Of a DNA stretch of 64,000 nucleotides, positions 62,201 to 64,000 are shown piece after piece. A model generated the notes under the pieces. That model was given only the letters and a program-made list of their open reading frames with translations. It was not told the DNA's origin and made no database searches. The first letter of the stretch is position 1; each line of letters opens with the position of its first letter. Both the position numbers and the translations under genes were made by a program. This DNA is from Eledone cirrhosa (Eukaryota), in the NCBI GenBank assembly GCA_964016885.1, contig OZ024741.1, positions 199,888,001-199,952,000 on the forward strand, read 5' to 3'.

Positions 62201-63050
62201 TAATACGTTCAGCAAGAGAGATGTTTATACATGAATTAATTTCTCTCTAGAAGATTTCGTTGAGGAAAAATTTTAATAGTAATGAAAAATTTCAATAGTA
62301 ATGAAAAATATCAATAGTATTTTCCACAATAGTCGAGGTAGACTCGGATGGTACACGTGGTGTCAAATTTCTTCGATTATTATTATTATTTCTTCGATTA
62401 TTATTATCGATAGTGTTTTCCCCAGCATTCAAGGTAGACTTAGATGGTACACGTGGTGTCAAGTTTCTTACAGGCATAGTTGTTTCAAGGCACTGTTCGA
62501 CCTGGCTGCTAGGAAGTCTAGTAGCATGGCGACCTGTAGGACGTGTTGTTGATAACATGTTTGTTGTGGGTAACTTACAATTAATAATATTTATCTTATT
62601 TTTACGTTCAACAAACGTTGCTTGTTGGCGTAATTGTTTCGCTGTGAAATAATTTAGCTCCGGGTGCATTTCGTCCCAGTGTAGCTTCATTCTGTTCATA
62701 TAGCCAATGGAGGGATTGTTGTTTTGGCATTTTATAACAATTAAATAAATCATTATTAAGTTCGCAACTCCAAGAGAAATGCGATTTATAATTTCGGTTT
62801 CTTCTGTAGCTACAACTGAATAAAGTTTGTTTACCTTCCTTGTTATTTGTCTTCGGTACTTCCTTAATTTTGTTGTTGATGTTGTGTTCAGCCATGCTGT
62901 TTGTAGCAAATCCTTGTAAAATGAATTATGTATTTAGTCGGATATCTCTACGAATTCGAATAAAAGGTTGTGGCATTACTGTCGGAGATAGTATTCATCT
63001 AAAACTTAATAAATAGTCTCCCACGCCAAAATATGCGACTGATCGCGTTG
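59201..63050 (-). mobile_element. R4/Dong-like non-LTR retrotransposon (RT + CCHC + restriction-like endonuclease), defective
   Basis: YMNRMKLHW..AKQLRQQ N-terminus; NYRP, WLDYRKAFDSVPH, GIFQGDSLS and FVDDLKLY; CRL..ENITHVISSC..RHD and RPDI..VVEISCP. Many frameshifts. The 5' boundary is approximate. Confidence 0.9.
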
Positions 63051-63056
63051 ACTGTG

Positions 63057-63102
<46 letters not shown>

Positions 63103-63150
63103 TATAGATAGGTAAATATACACGGGTGTGTATGATTGTGTATAGAAGAT

Positions 63151-63539
63151 TATATTAATAAGAGGAATTCCAACTTTGTCTGATTTACTCGTTTTATTTA
63201 CAATCCTTTAAAATATATATAATGGTATTATAATGAAATAGTATGATAGAATATTAAATTCTAAGTGTTAATTGAACAAGTACTTTCATGCTTTCGCAAT
63301 CTTCAGGTTCATGATATGTGGTGACAGTCGAGTTTGCAATTTTCAACTGTTGAAAATTGCAAACTCGACTGTCACCACATATCATGAACCTGAAGATTGC
63401 GAAAGCATGAAAGTACTTGTTCAATTAACACTTAGAATTTAATATTCTATCATACTATTTCATTATAATACCATTATATATATTTTAAAGGATTGTAAAT
63501 AAAACGAGTAAATCAGACAAAGTTGGAATTCCTCTTATT

Positions 63540-63545
<6 letters not shown>
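63151..63545. repeat. Perfect 395-bp palindrome (197-bp arms, 1-nt spacer at 63348)
   Basis: The arms are exact reverse complements around CAAC-T-GTTG. Confidence 0.97.
63385..63423 (+). ncRNA. Minimal hammerhead motif (mirror copy on the minus strand at 63273-63311)
   Basis: TGAAC-CTGAAGA-TTGC-GAAA-GCAT-GAAA-GTAC-TT-GTTCA: stem I TGAAC/GTTCA, intact core, stem II reduced to a 4-nt loop. Confidence 0.6.
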
Positions 63546-63602
<57 letters not shown>

Positions 63603-63663
63603 GTGTGTGTATATATATGTATGTCTGTCTGTCTGTCTGTATGTGTGTATGTATATATGTATG

Positions 63664-63875
63664 GGCAATCCCTGGCACTAGAGATCGCGGCAGACCAAGG
63701 AAGACATGGTTGGAGTGCGTGAAGAGTGATTTGTATAAATGGAACTTGGGCGATGTTGATACTATGGACAGAAATTCATGGAGAGCGGCTGTAAGACATT
63801 GCCTTGTGTTGCCTACCTCGGAGTCCGGGACAACTGCAGTACCCTAAAGACTAAAACTGGATATGGATGGATGGA
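63664..63875 (+). mobile_element. RTE-like LINE 3' end with (GGAT)n tail
   Basis: [24 protein letters not shown]. Confidence 0.7.
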
Positions 63876-64000
63876 TCATCATCATTTTTATCTCCTCTTT
63901 TCCATTCTAGCAGAATTTGGACAAGGCTTTTTGAGGCAGGTTTTCTGTGACCAGACACTCTTTTTGATGCTAACCCATACTTTATTTACAAGTATGTCAA

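Overview
Eukaryotic, AT-rich, repeat-dense genomic DNA. The SINE and RTE families look like those of octopod cephalopods (inferred from recalled repeat families, not from a search). The only host gene visible is a + strand Rel/Dorsal-subfamily NF-kB transcription factor. Seven GT-AG exons (6772-6784, 37111-37197, 48591-48844, 51682-51827, 54331-54422, 57188-57325, 58301-58399) splice in phase into MEPFGSISDN...[24 protein letters not shown]...FQNLGIQCVKK...DEVFLLCEKVAK, and the gene continues beyond the window. A compact candidate promoter lies at ~6340-6640. The introns are filled with transposons: RTE LINEs with a PHD finger inside the RT, an R4/Dong-like RLE LINE, a decayed Helitron, a DD34D mariner, an 8.8-kb hAT shell with nested insertions, MITEs, tRNA-derived SINEs, and a Naiad-type Penelope-like element with inverted pseudo-LTRs. 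The most interesting signals are (i) several hammerhead ribozyme motifs, including a full-length one with a U3-A8 core covariation, some on the sense strand of the Rel pre-mRNA; (ii) many fold-back palindromes, including a perfect 395-bp one carrying mirror-image hammerheads; (iii) a His codon at a normally Arg position of the Rel DNA-recognition loop that A-to-I editing could restore. No CRISPR, rRNA or genuine tRNA genes were seen.
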